From contig JAYGDX010000185.1 in assembly GCA_046582655.1 (NCBI GenBank), positions 32,001-96,000 of the forward strand: 64,000 nucleotides of DNA, given 5' to 3'. Each line of letters starts with the position of its first letter. Position 1 is the stretch's first letter. The position numbers were made by a program, and so were the translations under genes. This DNA is from Candidatus Poribacteria bacterium (GTDB lineage Bacteria > Poribacteria > WGA-4E > UBA9662). Shown piece after piece: positions 61,421 to 64,000 of this stretch. Under the pieces are notes generated by a model, which had not been told where the DNA came from, did not search any database, and saw only the letters and a list, made by a program, of their open reading frames with translations.

Positions 61421-61828
61421 ATGTCTCTAATTATCAAGCGCCCCGTTGTTATACAACACGTCGTTACGGCGGAATTCAAATCCCAATTAACAAATGAGAT
61501 TGAGGAAGCAATCAATCAAATTGATCTTTGGTTGGAACAAGAGGAATTCCAGAGCCGTCGGTTAATCACTGAAGCTGAGAAAGAGGGTAAGGAGTTTGTA
61601 AGTTCTCTTCGTCAGGAAATTGAGGCCGAACGAGGTAAACAAACGCAAGTCAGACAAAATTTACTGGCTAGGCTGCAGGAGGTCAAACAACTCGAAATCG
61701 ATAGTTTTTTTGTCAGTGGCACATACGATGCCCCTATAAAAATTGAGGTTGGTGATAACATTCGGACTAAATTGTCTCAGGTTCAGGTTGTTGTGAAAGA
61801 TGGTATTGTCATTCAAGTTATTGAATAG
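61421..61828 (+). CDS. ylqD: YlqD family protein
   Basis: IKRPVVIQHVVT, a coiled coil, and IEVGDN...VVVKDGIV; located between rpsP and trmD. Confidence 0.78.
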   Translation: MSLIIKRPVVIQHVVTAEFKSQLTNEIEEAINQIDLWLEQEEFQSRRLITEAEKEGKEFVSSLRQEIEAERGKQTQVRQNLLARLQEVKQLEIDSFFVSGTYDAPIKIEVGDNIRTKLSQVQVVVKDGIVIQVIE

Positions 61829-61861
61829 TCAAGTTTCTCAAGGCCGGTGTAGAAGTGAGAG

Positions 61862-62560
61862 ATGAAAATCGACGTTATCGCTATTTTTCCTGAAATCCTC
61901 GAAATGGCGCTTCATGTCGGGATTCTGAAACGAGCCATTGATCGGGATCTACTGGAAGTTCACCTCCATAATCTACGAAATTTTGCCGAGGGCAATCGTC
62001 GCACCGTTGATGATTATCCTTACGGTGGTGAATCGGGAATGATCCTTAAACCGGAGCCGCTTTTTGCTGCAGTTAGATCGCTTGAACCTACAGAAGTGAC
62101 TCGAGTCATTTTCCTTACTCCACAAGGAAAGCCCTTTAATCAACGAATAGCTGAGGAACTTTCTCTTGAGACACATTTGGTTTTGATCTGTGGTCGTTAT
62201 AAAGGGATTGATCAACGAGTTCGTGAAAAGTTAATTACGGACGAAATATCTATTGGTGATTATGTCTTGAGTGGTGGAGAGGTTCCCGCGCTTGTTTTAA
62301 TTGATGCAATTGGGCGAGTTCTACCAAGTGCGTTAGGTGATTATGAATCGGCTCAGAATGATTCGTTTAGTCGAGAATTGCTTGATCATCCTCACTATAC
62401 GCGTCCTGCTGAATTTGAAGGTATGAAGGTGCCGGATATTTTATTGAGTGGGCATCATCAGAAGATTACAGATTGGAAAAGGGATCGGTCTCTGGAGAAA
62501 ACAGCAGAGCAACGCCCCGACCTCTTACATAAGTTTAAGAATAACGAAGTTCTAGACTAA
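61862..62560 (+). CDS. trmD: tRNA (guanine37-N1)-methyltransferase
   Basis: VDDYPYGG, LTPQG, ICGRYKGID, SIGDYVLSGGE and LLSGHH. Confidence 0.97.
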   Translation: MKIDVIAIFPEILEMALHVGILKRAIDRDLLEVHLHNLRNFAEGNRRTVDDYPYGGESGMILKPEPLFAAVRSLEPTEVTRVIFLTPQGKPFNQRIAEELSLETHLVLICGRYKGIDQRVREKLITDEISIGDYVLSGGEVPALVLIDAIGRVLPSALGDYESAQNDSFSRELLDHPHYTRPAEFEGMKVPDILLSGHHQKITDWKRDRSLEKTAEQRPDLLHKFKNNEVLD

Positions 62561-62571
62561 GGAAAATAAAG

Positions 62572-62913
62572 ATGAATCTTTTAGAATCTGTTGAAAACGA
62601 ATATATAAGAACTGACGAACTAAATTTTGGTGTTGGAGATCTCATTCGAGTAAACAATAGAATTCGTGAGGGAACAAAAGAGCGTATTCAAGCCTACGAA
62701 GGTACAGTCATTCGGAATCGGGATAGAGGCCTGAGATCAACTTTCACCGTTCGGCGCTTAGCTTACGGCACTGGTAGTGAACGAACCTTTCCACTACACT
62801 CACCAAATATTGAAAGTATTCAAGTTATTCGACATGGTGGTGTTCGGCGGGCTAAACTTTACTACCTACGTAACCGGACTGGGAGAGCTTCGCGCGTTCC
62901 TGAGAAGAAATGA
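62572..62913 (+). CDS. rplS: 50S ribosomal protein L19
   Basis: ERIQAYEG, ERTFPLHSP and VRRAKLYYLR. Confidence 0.97.
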   Translation: MNLLESVENEYIRTDELNFGVGDLIRVNNRIREGTKERIQAYEGTVIRNRDRGLRSTFTVRRLAYGTGSERTFPLHSPNIESIQVIRHGGVRRAKLYYLRNRTGRASRVPEKK

Positions 62914-63536
62914 ATAGAAGATAAAAAACACATTTCGTTGAGAGATTTGATATCCAGCAGTTTGAAGGTAGTTTAGTCAAGCAGGGTTATCTTAGGATAG
63001 CAGGTGTTGATGAAGCGGGTCGGGGGGCCTTAGCTGGACCGGTGGTTGCAGCTGCTATTATTCTTCCGTTTAGGTGTGAAATTACTGGTTTGACCGATTC
63101 AAAGCAGCTAACGTCAGCGCAGCGAGAAGCATTCTTCTCGCAAATTGAAAGAGACGCAGTTAGAGTTGGAATTGGTATTGTCGATCACCAGATTATAGAT
63201 CAAATCAATATTTTGCAGGCCACGAAGCTTGCCATGCAGAAAGCTATTGAAAGTATTATCCCTCCCCCAGATTACGTTCTTGTTGATGGAAACCAATTAC
63301 CGCTAGTTCAAATGCCTGGACAATCTGTAATCAAAGGGGATTCACTCGTTCAGTCGATTGCTGCCGCCTCAGTGATGGCGAAAGTAACTCGTGATCGAAT
63401 AATGATCGCATTTGATGTAGACTATCCTGATTTTGGATTCAAGAAGCATAAGGGCTACGGCACACCGCGACATCGGCAAGCAATTGTAGATCTTGATCCG
63501 TGTCCGATTCATCGAACCAGTTTTAAATTGACATAA
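62910..63536 (+). pseudogene. rnhB: Ribonuclease HII with an in-frame TAA at codon 5 (nonsense lesion or sequence error)
   Basis: ATG 62910 overlaps the rplS stop and reads MNRR*KTHFVERF...IAGVDEAGRGALAGPVVAAA...DSK...DGN...KGD...SIAAASVMAKVTRD...HKGYGT. Confidence 0.8.
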
Positions 63537-63559
63537 ATTCGACAGTTAAGATCGGTAAA

Positions 63560-63885
63560 ATCTAGAGAATCATCTGCTGCAGAATATCTTGAAGCTAAAG
63601 GCTATAGGGTTTAATCACAAAACTATTGCACTCACTTTGGGAGGATTGGCTTGGTTGTTGGCGTTGACGGCCAAATCGTATTCGTTGAAGTAAAGACACG
63701 ACAAAGCCTCATAATATGGTCTGTAACCAAACAGAAGGAGATTTTACGCGTTATGCTGAATTACCTTGAAATCTGGAGCAAAATTGGATCAAACCTGCAG
63801 ATTCGATGTAATTGTAATCTCGCTTTCCCAAAAGGCTAGGCTTATTAAGCTTGAACGCATTGAAAATACATTCGAGTTTTGTGTT
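63560..63885 (+). pseudogene. yraN: Degraded YraN (UPF0102) endonuclease gene
   Basis: ESSAAEYLEAKGYRV*SQNY...IVFVEVKTR with TAA at 63612. The tail ERIENTF is in another frame. Position after rnhB is the usual one. Confidence 0.75.
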
Positions 63886-63935
63886 TAATGGGGAACAAGT
63901 TGGTTTTATAGATTGTCTGTCAAAATGGATGATAC

Positions 63936-64000
63936 ATGAGAAAAGACTTAAAAAAGCTTGGTGCTGTCAAGCAGCATCGTTACCGGGCCGTCATTGATCA
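63936..64000 (+). CDS. Possible start of an ORF running off the window (MRKDLKKLGAVKQHRYRAVID...)
   Basis: Open frame from ATG 63936 to the window end; too short to identify. Confidence 0.3.
   Translation, partial: MRKDLKKLGAVKQHRYRAVID

Overview
A gene-dense bacterial chromosomal segment with no rRNA, tRNA, CRISPR array or mobile element visible. Gene content suggests a PVC-like, Planctomycete-style organism, most plausibly Candidatus Poribacteria; this is inferred from the DUF1501/DUF1549-DUF1553/cytochrome c-WD40 cluster, PhyH, Gfo/Idh/MocA and the 'NYPNPFNPETWIPFQL' C-terminal domain. Layout: (1) 1-4.9 kb, DUF1501 / DUF1549-DUF1553 / cytochrome c-WD40 operon. (2) 5-10.6 kb, ribokinase and oxidoreductases. 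(3) A 14-repeat FG-GAP secreted protein, then murA-hisD. (4) 16.7-40.3 kb, a contiguous nuo (complex I) + atp (F0F1) cluster that lacks nuoI and has two inserted genes (a PhyH-family dioxygenase and an IT-superfamily antiporter). (5) pgi, sugar isomerase and kinase, nitroreductase, cobA-hemD, ccmE-F-H and an O-antigen ligase. (6) Miscellaneous enzymes and an NHL/beta-barrel-like protein. (7) ffh-rpsP-ylqD-trmD-rplS-rnhB-yraN. The most notable signal is missed by the ORF track. The WD40 protein's 'stop' at 3484-3486 is an in-frame UGA at the first Cys position of a heavy-metal-associated motif (GMT-U-GAC). It is followed by a 7-bp-stem, G-loop hairpin shaped like a bacterial SECIS and by 57 further codons that complete an HMA domain. 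This points to a probable exported cytochrome c-WD40-HMA selenoprotein heading a DUF1549/1553-DUF1501 system of unknown function. Four genes carry lesions (ribokinase, a ferritin-like gene, rnhB, yraN) and there are several short recent tandem duplications.
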